Below, piece after piece: positions 19,346-29,383 of a stretch of DNA of 64,000 nt. The position numbers and the translations under genes were made by a program. Source of the DNA: an uncultured Chloroflexia bacterium (lineage in GTDB: Bacteria; Chloroflexota; Limnocylindria; Limnocylindrales; CSP1-4); the NCBI GenBank assembly GCA_963819655.1, contig CAWFXA010000002.1, forward strand, positions 1,536,001 to 1,600,000. The letters run 5' to 3'. Below the pieces are notes generated by a model. That model saw only the letters and a program-made list of their open reading frames with translations. It was not told the DNA's origin and did no database searches. Positions within the stretch are counted from its first letter, which is position 1. The number at the start of each line of letters is the position of its first letter.

Positions 19346-19690
19346 TCAGCCGGGGAGCGGCGACAGCCCGGTCGCCCGCGCGACGACGACGATCGCGACG
19401 GAGACCAGAAGACCCAGCAGCAGGTTCCGCCGCCACGCGGTCACGCCGAGGCAGGCCAACACCGCGACCCATTCGATGCCGATGTGGAACGAGGTCGTGC
19501 CGTCTTCGTCGGTGGAGACCATCACCGCGACCGCGGCGAGTGCCGCCAGCACCGCCGGTCCGACCAGCTGGAGGTAGTCGAGCGCCTTGCGCGGCAGCCG
19601 TTCCATCCCTGGCGTCAGCAACCCGACGGCGCGCGTGGGATAGGTCACGAGGAACATCAGGACCGCCAGGGGGATGAGGTCGGTGCTCAT
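19346..19690 (-). CDS. AzlD-family branched-chain amino acid exporter small subunit
   Basis: MSTDLIPLAVLMFLVTYPTRA...LDYL..VGPAVLAAL; 3-4 TM. Confidence 0.75.
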   Translation of the reverse strand: MSTDLIPLAVLMFLVTYPTRAVGLLTPGMERLPRKALDYLQLVGPAVLAALAAVAVMVSTDEDGTTSFHIGIEWVAVLACLGVTAWRRNLLLGLLVSVAIVVVARATGLSPLPG

Positions 19691-20512
19691 CGGGGCTTCT
19701 CGGCCTCGTCCGAATCCGGTGGTGGCTGGACATGTGCCCCGGGCATGACGAATCGGTCCGCCGATGCGAGCGATCCGAGCGGTGCGGTCTCCCGGGCCAT
19801 GCGCCTCGGGCACGAGCAGCCCGACGGCCGGGCCGACCAGCCCGCCGACGACGATCCCGATCGCCGGGCTCGACAGCAATGCCACGACGACGCCGACGCC
19901 CGCCCCGACGATGGCCGCGACGAGCTCGCGTCGACCGGTGATCAGGCCGACCGCCAGCCCGATCATCGCCGCCGGGAAGATGATGTCGATGCCGAAGCGG
20001 GCCGGGTCGGGGATCTGGCCGCCGAGGAGGGCGCCGGCGAGGGTCGCGAGGTTCCAGGGGATGAACGTGCAGACGACCGCGCCGATCCAGTAGCCCCATT
20101 CGTCGGTCCGCCCGAGCCGCCGGAAGTGACCGATCGACAGCGCGAACGATTCGTCGGTCAGCAGATGGGCCATCACCGCGCGACGCACGAACGGCACCTT
20201 CCGCAGCCACGGCCCGAGGGCAGCCGAGTAGAGCAGATGGCGGGCGTTCAGCAATGCGGTCAGCAGCACGATGCCCGGCCACGCGAGGCCGCTCGCAACG
20301 TAGCCGACCGCCGCGAACTGAGCTGCCCCACCGAACACGATGACACTCATCGCCATCGCCTCGATCGGGGAAAAGCCGGCCTGGCGGGCCGATAAGCCGT
20401 ACACGAACCCGAACCCGAGGGCAGCGACGGCGATCCCGGCTCCGTCGACCAGGACACGGCGCCGGCTTGCGGAGAGGTCCTCTTTGGACTCCGCCGGCCT
20501 GGTGTCGTTCAG
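19687..20512 (-). CDS. AzlC-family exporter large subunit (probable 1-nt insertion near 19797; start uncertain)
   Basis: FGGAAQFA, LNARHLLYS, LTDESFA; removing one base near 19797 gives a TGA overlapping the AzlD ATG. Confidence 0.75.
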
Positions 20513-20781
20513 CGCAGGAAGGTCTTGCCGCAGGTCCCGTCGCAGACGACGAAGACGGCGTGCTTCTCGGCGGCGTAGCCCGCAGCGTGGAGGAGGCCCG
20601 GACAGCCCGGCGTCGGGCACTTCCAGACCCACCACCGTTCGTTCGCGTCGAGCGGAGTCGCTTGGGCGCTCAGCGTGGCGGCCAGACCGTCCCGTTCGGA
20701 GACGAGGCGAGCGACTGTCGCGGCTCGATCGGCTTCGCTCTCGCTCGTGTACGGGTAGTTCTGACCCACGTTCGAGGTCAC
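20509..20781 (-). CDS. Small Cys-rich hypothetical protein (putative Zn-binding)
   Basis: GGAGG SD 5 nt before GTG; WKCPTPGCPGLLH...VCDGTCGKTFLR. Confidence 0.65.
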   Translation of the reverse strand: MTSNVGQNYPYTSESEADRAATVARLVSERDGLAATLSAQATPLDANERWWVWKCPTPGCPGLLHAAGYAAEKHAVFVVCDGTCGKTFLR

Positions 20782-20884
20782 GGACGCCTCCGATCGTGCG
20801 CGCTCGGGGACGAAGGGCCGGTGACGGCGTCGTGTGAGCGCTCGCCCGTCACCGGCGCCCGGAGTATCGCATATGGTCGGTCTC

Positions 20885-22552
20885 TCACCAGACGGCCGGC
20901 AGGCCTTCGCTGCGAGGGTCGGTGGTCGCTGCGAGCGAGCCGCCGGCGGCCGGACCGCCATCGACGAGCTCGATCGCATGCTCGTGGCCGAGGCCACTGT
21001 CGAACGCGCCGGTCGGCACCAGGTGGTGACCGGCCGCGCGCAGCGCCTCGGCGATGCCGGGCGCATACCGCGTCTCGAGCGACACCTCGGTCGGCGGTGC
21101 GAGCAGTTCGGGCGGCCCGACGAACCAGCGCGGCGCCGCGACCGCAGTCGCGATATCGAGCCCGCCATCGACCACGCCGCTCACGAACTGGGCATGGATC
21201 TGCGGCTGGGCGTCGCCGCCCATCGAGCCGACGACGATCCACGGACCGGGCTGGCCGTCACGGAACAGCATCCCGGGGAGCAGCGTGTGGAGCGTCCGTT
21301 TGCCCGGAGCGAGCACGTTCGCGTGGCCCGGATCGAGGCTGAAATAGCTGCCCCGGTTCTGGTAGTGGATGCCCGTCTCCCGATCCACCACGCCGGACCC
21401 GAACCCGGCCCAGTTCGATTCGATCAGGCTGACCGCATTGCCCATCGCGTCGACCGTCGCGAGGAAGATCGTCCCGCCACCGGGCGGGTTGGTCGCGGGG
21501 GCCGGGAAGGCGGCACGCTCCTGGTCGATGCGGGCCGCAAGGGAGGCGAGTCGGTTGGCCCCGAGGAGCTCCGCGACCGGGACCTCCCGCGCCTCCGGGT
21601 CCGTGAGGTACGCATCCCGGTCGGCCATGGCGAGCTTCGCGGCTTCGATGCCGACGTGGACCCACCGGGCATCGCCGACGCCGTCAGGCCCGAAATGCGA
21701 CCGACGAGGCGGTTCGAACTGGCGGAGGATCCCGAGGATCTCGAGCGCGACCATCCCCGAGCTGTTCGGCGAGTGCGTGGTGACCCGCACGTCCCGATAG
21801 GTCAGCTCGATCGGCTCGCCCCAGGTCGACGTGTGGGACCGCAGGTCGCCGATGGTGATGGGCGAGCCGGCGGCGGCCAACGCCGCAGCCTGCCTCTCTC
21901 CGAGGTCGCCGTCGTAGAACGCGTCGAACCCCTCGAGGGCCAGCGTCTCGAGCGTCGCCCCGAGAGCCGGCAGGCGCACGCGTTCTCCGGCCCGCCACGC
22001 CCGACCCTCGGGACGGAACACTGCATCGAACCCGCCTTCGCGCCCGACGGCCTGCCGGGCGATCGGCGCCATCGCCTCGACGTCCCCGATGAACGCACCC
22101 GACGCCGCGAACCCGTCGCGTGCCAGCTCGATCGCGGGGGCGAGGACGGCGTCACGCGACAGCAGCCCGTAGCGGCTGTGCGCATCGCCCCACGACCGCA
22201 CGGCACCGGGGACCGTGATGCTCAACGGGCCGCGGAACGGCATCCGCCGATGGCCCGCTTCGCGGAGCGGCGCCGCATCGATCCCTGCCGCGGAACGGCC
22301 CGACCCATTCAGGGCGACCTGCTGCCCCGCCGCGGCGTCCCATATCAGCCAGAACGCGTCGCCACCGATCCCGCAGCTCCCCGGCGCGACGACCGCCAGG
22401 ACGGCGTTCGTCGCGATCGCTGCGTCGACGGCCGAGCCGCCCTGGCGCAGCACGCCGAGCCCGGCCGCGGTCGCCAGGTGATGCGGGGCGACGACCGCCC
22501 CACGCACTCCGCGGGCGAGCGGGACCGGTACCAGCGGCCGGCGGTCCGTCAC
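20885..22552 (-). CDS. ggt: Gamma-glutamyltransferase family protein
   Basis: GGSAVDAAIA, GIGGDAF, TVPGAV, GGGT(nucleophile)IFL, GKRTLHTL, MGGDAQPQ, DPRSEG. Confidence 0.9.
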   Translation of the reverse strand: MTDRRPLVPVPLARGVRGAVVAPHHLATAAGLGVLRQGGSAVDAAIATNAVLAVVAPGSCGIGGDAFWLIWDAAAGQQVALNGSGRSAAGIDAAPLREAGHRRMPFRGPLSITVPGAVRSWGDAHSRYGLLSRDAVLAPAIELARDGFAASGAFIGDVEAMAPIARQAVGREGGFDAVFRPEGRAWRAGERVRLPALGATLETLALEGFDAFYDGDLGERQAAALAAAGSPITIGDLRSHTSTWGEPIELTYRDVRVTTHSPNSSGMVALEILGILRQFEPPRRSHFGPDGVGDARWVHVGIEAAKLAMADRDAYLTDPEAREVPVAELLGANRLASLAARIDQERAAFPAPATNPPGGGTIFLATVDAMGNAVSLIESNWAGFGSGVVDRETGIHYQNRGSYFSLDPGHANVLAPGKRTLHTLLPGMLFRDGQPGPWIVVGSMGGDAQPQIHAQFVSGVVDGGLDIATAVAAPRWFVGPPELLAPPTEVSLETRYAPGIAEALRAAGHHLVPTGAFDSGLGHEHAIELVDGGPAAGGSLAATTDPRSEGLPAVW

Positions 22553-23823
22553 GTCTGGGGATCCGCATGGTTCGGGATGACGCCCAGCTCGTCCTCATCG
22601 CGCCGGAGCTGAGCGAGCGGGATCAGGGCGACCCCGAGTAGGACGACGGTGGCGATGAGCATCCCGTCGATGCCCCGCGCGTCGGCCGCGAACCCGCCGA
22701 TCAGCGCCCCGACGATCTGGCCCACCGCGAGGAATACCGAGTACAGGCCCATGATCGCCCCGCGATCGTGCGGGAAGCGCTCCGAGATGTCGGCGAGCAG
22801 GCCGAGCGCGGCCGGTGTCGCGCCGGCCATGACGAAGAGCCCGAACGCGGCGGCCACGGCGGCCCCGAGCAGCACCGCGATCGACAGACCGGCGGAGTGG
22901 TTGACCACGATCCCCGCCCCGACCAGCAACCCTCCACCGAGGATCCCGTACAGGATGATCGTGGTGCGCCGCAGGTTCTTGAAGCGATTGCCCCAATAAA
23001 GCAGGCCGGCGCCGAAGATGATCCCGATGACGACGGCCGCCGCGGAGATCTGCACGGCTGTGAACCCGCTCATGAGGGCCTGGTCGGGGAACTCCGGGTT
23101 CGCTTTGGCGAACTGGAAGAGCGACTGGCTGAACCACAGGCCGATCGACGCGTTGACCGCGATCCACGTCGGAGCGAGCAGCCAGACGTGCGCGCTCCGC
23201 GTCAGCTCGACGTAGCGACGCAGCCCGAGGTGCGGGGCCTTCACGGCCGCCGACTCACCAGCAGGGTCCTTGACGGTCCAGAAGATGAGGAACGACACGC
23301 CGTACACGACGGCATTCAGGAAGAACGCCGTCGGTCCGAACGTCGCGAAGGCGATCGGGGCGACCGCGAACCCGGCTCCAAGTCCCAGCAGCGTGGCTCC
23401 CTCGAATCGAGCCGACATCTTGCCGCGCAAGCCTTCGTCGAGGGCAGTGACGATCGCGATGAAGCCGAGGATCGACGGGATGCTGGCCGCGGTCGAGGCG
23501 CCCTCGAGCCAGCGGGTTCCGCCGAGGACGACGAGGTTGGTCGTCAGCCCGGTCAGGATGACTGCGATCGCGCCGAAGGCAGGTCCGAACAGCATGACCC
23601 TGTGATGGCCGAGCCGGTCGGACATGACGCCGAAGATCGGGGACAGGATGAGCTCGGCGAGGTAGAACGTCGCGGAGAAGATGCCTACCACGATCGGGTC
23701 GACCTCCGGGCCGCCATGCTGTGGGAGCGTCGCGAGGTAGACCGCCAGCATGGCCCCGGTGAGTCCGGTGCTGAAACGCAGCGTGAAAGTGCCGGCCAGC
23801 ACGGCCCACATCGATCGATCCAT
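22549..23823 (-). CDS. MFS transporter
   Basis: About 12 TM; FGVMSDRLG motif; RGAIMGLYS. Confidence 0.88.
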   Translation of the reverse strand: MDRSMWAVLAGTFTLRFSTGLTGAMLAVYLATLPQHGGPEVDPIVVGIFSATFYLAELILSPIFGVMSDRLGHHRVMLFGPAFGAIAVILTGLTTNLVVLGGTRWLEGASTAASIPSILGFIAIVTALDEGLRGKMSARFEGATLLGLGAGFAVAPIAFATFGPTAFFLNAVVYGVSFLIFWTVKDPAGESAAVKAPHLGLRRYVELTRSAHVWLLAPTWIAVNASIGLWFSQSLFQFAKANPEFPDQALMSGFTAVQISAAAVVIGIIFGAGLLYWGNRFKNLRRTTIILYGILGGGLLVGAGIVVNHSAGLSIAVLLGAAVAAAFGLFVMAGATPAALGLLADISERFPHDRGAIMGLYSVFLAVGQIVGALIGGFAADARGIDGMLIATVVLLGVALIPLAQLRRDEDELGVIPNHADPQT

Positions 23824-23915
23824 GCCTGGACAGCGTACCGGGAACACGCTGGACGCGGCTCGTATGATGCCCCGAACGACCGGCCGTTCCGGGCCGGCGG
23901 GGAGGAGGGTCACCC

Positions 23916-24767
23916 TTGGCGCGCGTCGCGATCTTCACCGACTCGGCGTCCGACCTCGATCCGGCCGAAGCGTCGGCATCGGGCATCCACATCGTGCCGC
24001 TGCTCGTGAATTTCGGGTCGCAGTCGTTCAGGGCCGGCGTGGATCTGACGGGTCCCGCCTTCTGGGAACGGATGACCGCTCCCGACGCGCCGTTCCCGAC
24101 GACGGCGGCCTCGTCACCCGGCGACTTCAAGGATGCGTACGAGGCGGCCTTCACCGACGGCGCCGAGGCGATCGTCTCGGTCCATGTCGCAGGCTCGCTG
24201 TCAGGCACGATCAAGAGCGCTCAGATCGCGCGCGACATGCTGCCTGACCGTGAGATCCATGTCGTCGATTCGCTGAGTGCGTCGATGGCGATCGGCATCT
24301 TGGCCCGGATGGGGCTGGAGCTCGCCGAGGCGGACGTCCCGGCCGAGGAGATCGCGGCGGCGCTCGAGGAACGCGCCCAGGACCTGCGCATCTATTTCGC
24401 CCTGGACACCCTCGAATACCTGAAGAAGGGCGGTCGCATCAGCGGCGCCCAGGCGGCGATCGGGACGCTGCTCTCGGTGAAGCCTGTGATCATGCTCAAG
24501 CACGGCGAGGTCACCACCGTCGATCGGGTTCGGACACGCTCGAAGGCGCGCGAGCGTCTCATCGAGCTGACGGTCGAGCGCCCGGTCGAGCGGCTGTCGA
24601 TCCTGCACACGGTCACGCCGGACATCGAGGCGTTCCGCACGGACGTCCTGAAGCACCTCCCCGACCTGGATCCTGGGGCCGTGTCGGTCGAGCTCGTCGG
24701 CGCGTCGGTCGGGCCGCACGTCGGCCCGGGCTGCGTGGGCGCGGCGATCCTGTATCGCCCGAACTGA
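23916..24767 (+). CDS. DegV family fatty-acid-binding protein
   Basis: FTDSASDL, SLSGT, VVDSLSAS, LEYLKKGGRIS, HVGPG; TTG start with GGAGGAGG SD. Confidence 0.92.
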   Translation: MARVAIFTDSASDLDPAEASASGIHIVPLLVNFGSQSFRAGVDLTGPAFWERMTAPDAPFPTTAASSPGDFKDAYEAAFTDGAEAIVSVHVAGSLSGTIKSAQIARDMLPDREIHVVDSLSASMAIGILARMGLELAEADVPAEEIAAALEERAQDLRIYFALDTLEYLKKGGRISGAQAAIGTLLSVKPVIMLKHGEVTTVDRVRTRSKARERLIELTVERPVERLSILHTVTPDIEAFRTDVLKHLPDLDPGAVSVELVGASVGPHVGPGCVGAAILYRPN

Positions 24768-24868
24768 GGTCGCCGCGGGCTGGAAACCCCCAGCCACAGG
24801 TTGCGGCATGGTAGCGACAACCTTGCGGACCGGTACCTTCGGGGAGACGCCAGACGCCGACCTGCGGC

Positions 24869-24874
24869 TATAAT
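24869..24874 (+). promoter_or_regulatory. -10 box of gdhA promoter
   Basis: Perfect TATAAT in GC-rich DNA about 140 nt upstream of gdhA. Confidence 0.6.
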
Positions 24875-25016
24875 CCGGGTCGCACATGAGTCGCGCATCG
24901 CACGCCCGGCCAACCCATCCAGGTCCGGTCGATGCGCCCCGTGGGGTCGTCCGGGAGACGACTCACACCTTCGTGGTGGCCGATAGCGGCCGCCCGACAG
25001 AGAGGTTCTTCCTTCG

Positions 25017-26285
25017 ATGACCACCGAGAACGTCGCTGCCCAGATCAACGCCTGGGAAGTCGCCCAGCGACAGTTCGACCTCGCCGCCGACCGCCTCGAC
25101 CTCGACCCCGGGATGCGGCTCGTCCTGCGTGAGCCGCGGCGCGAGTTCACCTGCCACTTCCCGGTCCACATGGACGACGGCACCGTCCAGGTCTTCACCG
25201 GGTACCGCGTCCAGCACAACCTGGGTCGCGGCCCGGCCAAGGGCGGCATCCGCTACCACCAGGACGTCACCCTCGACGAGGTCAAGGCCCTCGCGATGTG
25301 GATGACCTGGAAGTGCGCCGTCGTCGGCATCCCGTACGGCGGCGGCAAGGGCGGCGTCATCGTCGATCCGAAGCAGCTCAGCCAGAAGGAGCTCGAGGGT
25401 CTGACCCGCCGGTTCTTCACCGAGATCGAGGTGCTGGTCGGGCCCGAAAAGGACATCCCGGCGCCGGACGTCAATACCAACGCCCAGATCATGGCCTGGA
25501 TGATGGACACGTACTCGATGCATGCCGGGTACACCGTTCCGGGCGTCGTCACCGGCAAGCCGATCAGCCTCGGCGGCTCGGAAGGGCGCAACGAGGCCAC
25601 GGCCCGTGGCACCGTCTTCTGCATCATCGAGGCGGCTCGCCACCTCGGCATCGAGCTGAACAAGGCGACCGTCTCCGTCCAGGGCTTCGGCAACGCGGGT
25701 TCGATCGCCGCGCGGCTCATCACCGAGGAAGGTGCGACCGTCGTCGCGGTGTCCGATTCGACCGGTGGCATCCACGACCCGAAGGGTCTCGAGATCAGCA
25801 AGGTCATCGCCTGGAAGCAGGAGCACGGTACGGTCCAGGGCTTCCCGGGAGCGACCGACATCAGCAACGCCGAGGTGCTCGAGGTCGACTGCGACATCCT
25901 CATCCCGGCCGCCCTCGAGAACCAGATCACGGCCCGCAACGCCGGCAACATCAAGGCGCGCATGATCGCCGAGGCCGCGAACGGCCCGACCACGCCCGAG
26001 GCCGACGAGATCCTCTTCAAGTCCTGGAAGACGTTCATGATCCCGGACATCCTGTGCAACGCCGGTGGGGTCACGGTCAGCTATTTCGAGTGGGTGCAGG
26101 ACCTCAACCGCGACCACTGGAGCGAGCAGGTCGTCAACGCGAAGCTCAAGGACATCATGGTCAAGGCCTTCCAGGAGGTCCTCGCGGTCGCCCGCCGCGA
26201 GCAGTGCGACATGCGCACCGCTGCCTACCTCCTAGCCGTGCGGCGGGTCGCCGACGCCATGGAACTCCGCGGCCTCTACCCATAG
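25017..26285 (+). CDS. gdhA: Glu/Leu/Phe/Val dehydrogenase, most likely glutamate dehydrogenase
   Basis: GPAKGGIRY, MTWKCA, GGGKGG, DIPAPDVNT, QGFGNAG, NAGGVTVSYFEWVQ. Confidence 0.92.
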   Translation: MTTENVAAQINAWEVAQRQFDLAADRLDLDPGMRLVLREPRREFTCHFPVHMDDGTVQVFTGYRVQHNLGRGPAKGGIRYHQDVTLDEVKALAMWMTWKCAVVGIPYGGGKGGVIVDPKQLSQKELEGLTRRFFTEIEVLVGPEKDIPAPDVNTNAQIMAWMMDTYSMHAGYTVPGVVTGKPISLGGSEGRNEATARGTVFCIIEAARHLGIELNKATVSVQGFGNAGSIAARLITEEGATVVAVSDSTGGIHDPKGLEISKVIAWKQEHGTVQGFPGATDISNAEVLEVDCDILIPAALENQITARNAGNIKARMIAEAANGPTTPEADEILFKSWKTFMIPDILCNAGGVTVSYFEWVQDLNRDHWSEQVVNAKLKDIMVKAFQEVLAVARREQCDMRTAAYLLAVRRVADAMELRGLYP

Positions 26286-26323
26286 GGGCGCGACGCGGCG
26301 CGGCCCGGCCCGTCCGGCCCCTG

Positions 26324-26902
26324 ATGACGCGCCTCCTCGAGCGGGACACGTCGGTCCTCATTGTCATCGACGCCCAGCCGCGTTTCCTCGCGGGAGACCC
26401 TGCCAGCCCGGTCGATGGGATCGTGGCGCGCATCGCATGGCTCGTCGGCGTCGCTGGCGCTCTTGACGTCCCGATCGTCGTGACCGAGGAGGCACCCGAC
26501 CGCAACGGGTCGACGCACCCGGACATCGCCGCGAGGCTCCCCGCCGGGACCCCGACGCACGTCAAGCCGACCTTCGGCCTGGCCGACGTGCCCGCGATCC
26601 TCGCCGCCGTCGAGGCGACCGGTCGCGACACGGCCGTGCTGGTCGGCATGGAGACGGATGTCTGCGTCGCCCAATCGACCCTCGGCCTGCTCGATCGCGG
26701 GCTCCGCGTAGCGGTCGTCTCGGACGCGACGTACTCCCCAGGGTCCATGCACGAGCACGGGCTACGCCGGGTCGCCGACGCCGGCGGGGTCGTCGTCCAC
26801 GCCAAGGGCGTGTACTACGAGTGGGTCCGCACGGTCGACGCCGCGCTCGCGTTCGAGAGGGCTCATCCCGACCTCGCGGCACCGCCCGGCTTCCGCCTCT
26901 GA
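26324..26902 (+). CDS. Isochorismatase family hydrolase
   Basis: LIVIDAQ, VTEE, KPTF, GMETDVCVAQS, VVSDAT. Confidence 0.85.
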   Translation: MTRLLERDTSVLIVIDAQPRFLAGDPASPVDGIVARIAWLVGVAGALDVPIVVTEEAPDRNGSTHPDIAARLPAGTPTHVKPTFGLADVPAILAAVEATGRDTAVLVGMETDVCVAQSTLGLLDRGLRVAVVSDATYSPGSMHEHGLRRVADAGGVVVHAKGVYYEWVRTVDAALAFERAHPDLAAPPGFRL

Positions 26903-26959
26903 GAGGCACCGGCGCATCGGTCGCCGGCTCGCCCAAGGCCCGATGCTAGAGTTGGGCGC

Positions 26960-27564
26960 ATGCTCGATCACGAAGAGAAGTTCCTGTTCAAGGAGGAGAT
27001 CCTCCACCTGTCGAACGCGGTGGCGGAGCCGGGCGGCCTCGACAACGTCGAGGACCTGCTGACCGACGTCATCACGAGCCCGCGTTTCGATTCGGAGGTG
27101 TTCACGCTCGAGCGAAGCCTGCAGGTCATGCTCGGGCCTCGCGCCGGGACGACTCTGGTCGGGCTGCTCACCGTGGCGCCGGAAGTCTTCGACGAGGTCG
27201 CGGAGGTCCGCATCCCGTCCGAGGTCCACGAACGGTTGGTGGCGTGGCGGGCCCGCTTCGGCCTGGCCATCGACAACGCCCTGAACTTCCTGAACAACCC
27301 CGACGGGATCCAGGGCCACAACTTCGCGACGCAGGTCGCCCACGTCGAGGAACGGCGCGTACTGCAGGGTCGACTGACACTGGTCCGCTACAACAACGAG
27401 CCGCAATTCTTCGTGGCCGACGCGAGCGTCTTCTTCGGGCTGGTCACCGACATCCTCGAGCGTCTCGGCCCGTACCTCGAGTCCGACGCGGTCGATGCGG
27501 AGACCGTCGCTCGACTGCGTGACGCGCTGGGGTTGGTCGAGCGCAAGACCGGCCCCGCGGCTAG
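26960..27564 (+). CDS. Hypothetical protein (3' end uncertain, probable indel)
   Basis: Strong GC3 codon bias to about 27560; extended -10 TGcTAGAGT 7 nt before ATG; out-of-frame TAG at 27562. Confidence 0.65.
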
Positions 27565-27578
27565 CACCCGGCTCGGAG

Positions 27579-28689
27579 CGAGACATCATCTATCTCGCCG
27601 CGACCGGCCAGAACCGTGGCAAGACCACGGTCAGCCTCGGGGTCCTCGACGGGTTCCAGCGCCGTGGCCTCTCGACCGGGTTCATCAAGCCGGTCGGCCA
27701 GCGCACCGTGATCGAGGAGGGCGTCCCGGCCGACGAGGACGCCGTGCTGATGAAGACGGTCTTCGGCCTGCCCGAGCCGCTCGGGCAGATGAGCCCGGTC
27801 CACATCCCGCGGGGGTTCACGCAGTCGTACATCGACGGCAAGGTCGTCGAGGACCTCGGTGCCCGCATCCGTTCCGCGCATGCCACGTTCGCCGCGGAAC
27901 GCGACATCCTCTTGATCGAGGGCACGGGTCACGCCGGGGTCGGGGCGGTCATCGACCTGTCGAACGCGGTCGTGGCGGCCATGCTCGGCGCGCCCGGCCG
28001 TGATCGTGTCGGAGGGCGGTGTCGGTCGCCCGATCGATGAGATCGTCCTCAACAAGGCGTTGTTCGAGCGGTCCGGTGTTCGCGTCGCCGGAGCGATCGT
28101 CAACAAGGTCGACCTCGCCGCGAAGCCCGACCTCGCCCGCACGCTCGAGCGCGGGCTCGCTCGGCACGACATCCCGCTTCTGGGTGTTCTCCCGTACCGG
28201 CCGATCCTGTCCAACCCGACGCTCGCGATGGTCCTCGAAGGCGTCCACGGCGAGACCATCCATCCAGGGCCCGACCTCGACGAGGTGATCGGCGGTGTCG
28301 CGATCGGCGCCATGGAGCCGGTCCATATGCTGCAGCGGATCGGCGAGCGCTCGCTGGTCATCGTGCCGGGTGACCGCGACGACGTCATCGCCGCGATCGT
28401 CCACGCCCACCGGATCAAGGCGCCGGCCGGTGGCGATGCGCTCGGCCTCGTCCTGACCGGCGGCTATCGACCGCGCAAGGCGGTCCTCGACGCCATCCGC
28501 GATGCCGATCTGTTCGCCACGATCGTGCCGGAGGACACGTATGCGGTCGCGTCCGAGATCCACGACCTCCTGGTCAAGACCCACGTCGCCGATCGCGAGA
28601 AGATCGAGGAGATCAAGGCGCTCGTGTGGGAGCACCTGTTCATCGACCGGGTGCTCGCCGTGGCCGCCGAGGTCGAAGCGGCCGCCTAG
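27579..28689 (+). CDS. BioD-like P-loop + DRTGG domain protein (stand-alone Pta N-terminal homolog); frameshift near 27994, start unclear
   Basis: IYLAATGQNRGKTT, FIKPVGQ, LIEGTGHAGVG in one frame; GGVGRPIDE, IVNKV, PGDRDD, LVLTGG in the next. Confidence 0.8.
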
Positions 28690-28769
28690 TCCAGCCTGGT
28701 CCGCGTTGCCCGGTCGGTGGCGCGGGCCTGGGCCGAGACCCGCGCCGCCGCCGTCAGTCAGGCCGCCGG

Positions 28770-29354
28770 TCAGCGCCCCGCGGGACCCGTCTCGAGCGTG
28801 CGTCGCCGCCCGAGGAGCAGCGCCGCCAGGGCGCCTGCGACCCCGACGGCCAGGCCGATCGCCACGATCGGGAGGAGCTCGGCGCCTATCGGCGTGGTCG
28901 ACACGGGAGCGACCGCCGGTGCCGCGCCGCTGACCAGCGGGTCGTCGGTCAGCGGGAAGATCATGTCTGACCGCTGGCAGCCATTCGCATCGCACGACTC
29001 ACCGATCATGCCGACGACGATCTCGCCGATGCCGCCCCGTGGCACCTCGATCGACGCCGTGTAATGGCCCGAGCCGGCCGGGGTCTCCGTACCCATGACC
29101 TCCGTCGACGTGGTTCGGTCGCTCGAGACGAGGCGGATGTACACGGGCGAGCCGTAGACCGGCTCCTGCTTCCCGTCGACGTCGTAGAAGACCGACCACC
29201 CGACATCGATCGTCGACCCGGGCCCTGCGTCGCGCGGGATCGCCGTGTCGAGCTTCGCCTCGGCACCTTCCTTTGCCAGGGCGGGTGCCGTGGTCAGCGC
29301 GATGATGCCGATGAGGGCGATGACCGGGCTGAGCGTTCGGGTGTGGCGCGACAT
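28770..29354 (-). CDS. Secreted hypothetical protein with C-terminal membrane anchor
   Basis: Signal peptide ending APALA; C-terminal hydrophobic helix followed by RRR; GAGG SD. Confidence 0.65.
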   Translation of the reverse strand: MSRHTRTLSPVIALIGIIALTTAPALAKEGAEAKLDTAIPRDAGPGSTIDVGWSVFYDVDGKQEPVYGSPVYIRLVSSDRTTSTEVMGTETPAGSGHYTASIEVPRGGIGEIVVGMIGESCDANGCQRSDMIFPLTDDPLVSGAAPAVAPVSTTPIGAELLPIVAIGLAVGVAGALAALLLGRRRTLETGPAGR

Positions 29355-29383
29355 GGCGTGGACCTCGCGGCGTGAGTGTGTCG

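Noticed and set aside
19346-20635. Apparent 429-aa AzlC-AzlD fusion
   Set aside because: Removing one base near 19797 restores a normal-codon AzlC tail whose TGA overlaps the AzlD ATG; likely an indel artefact.
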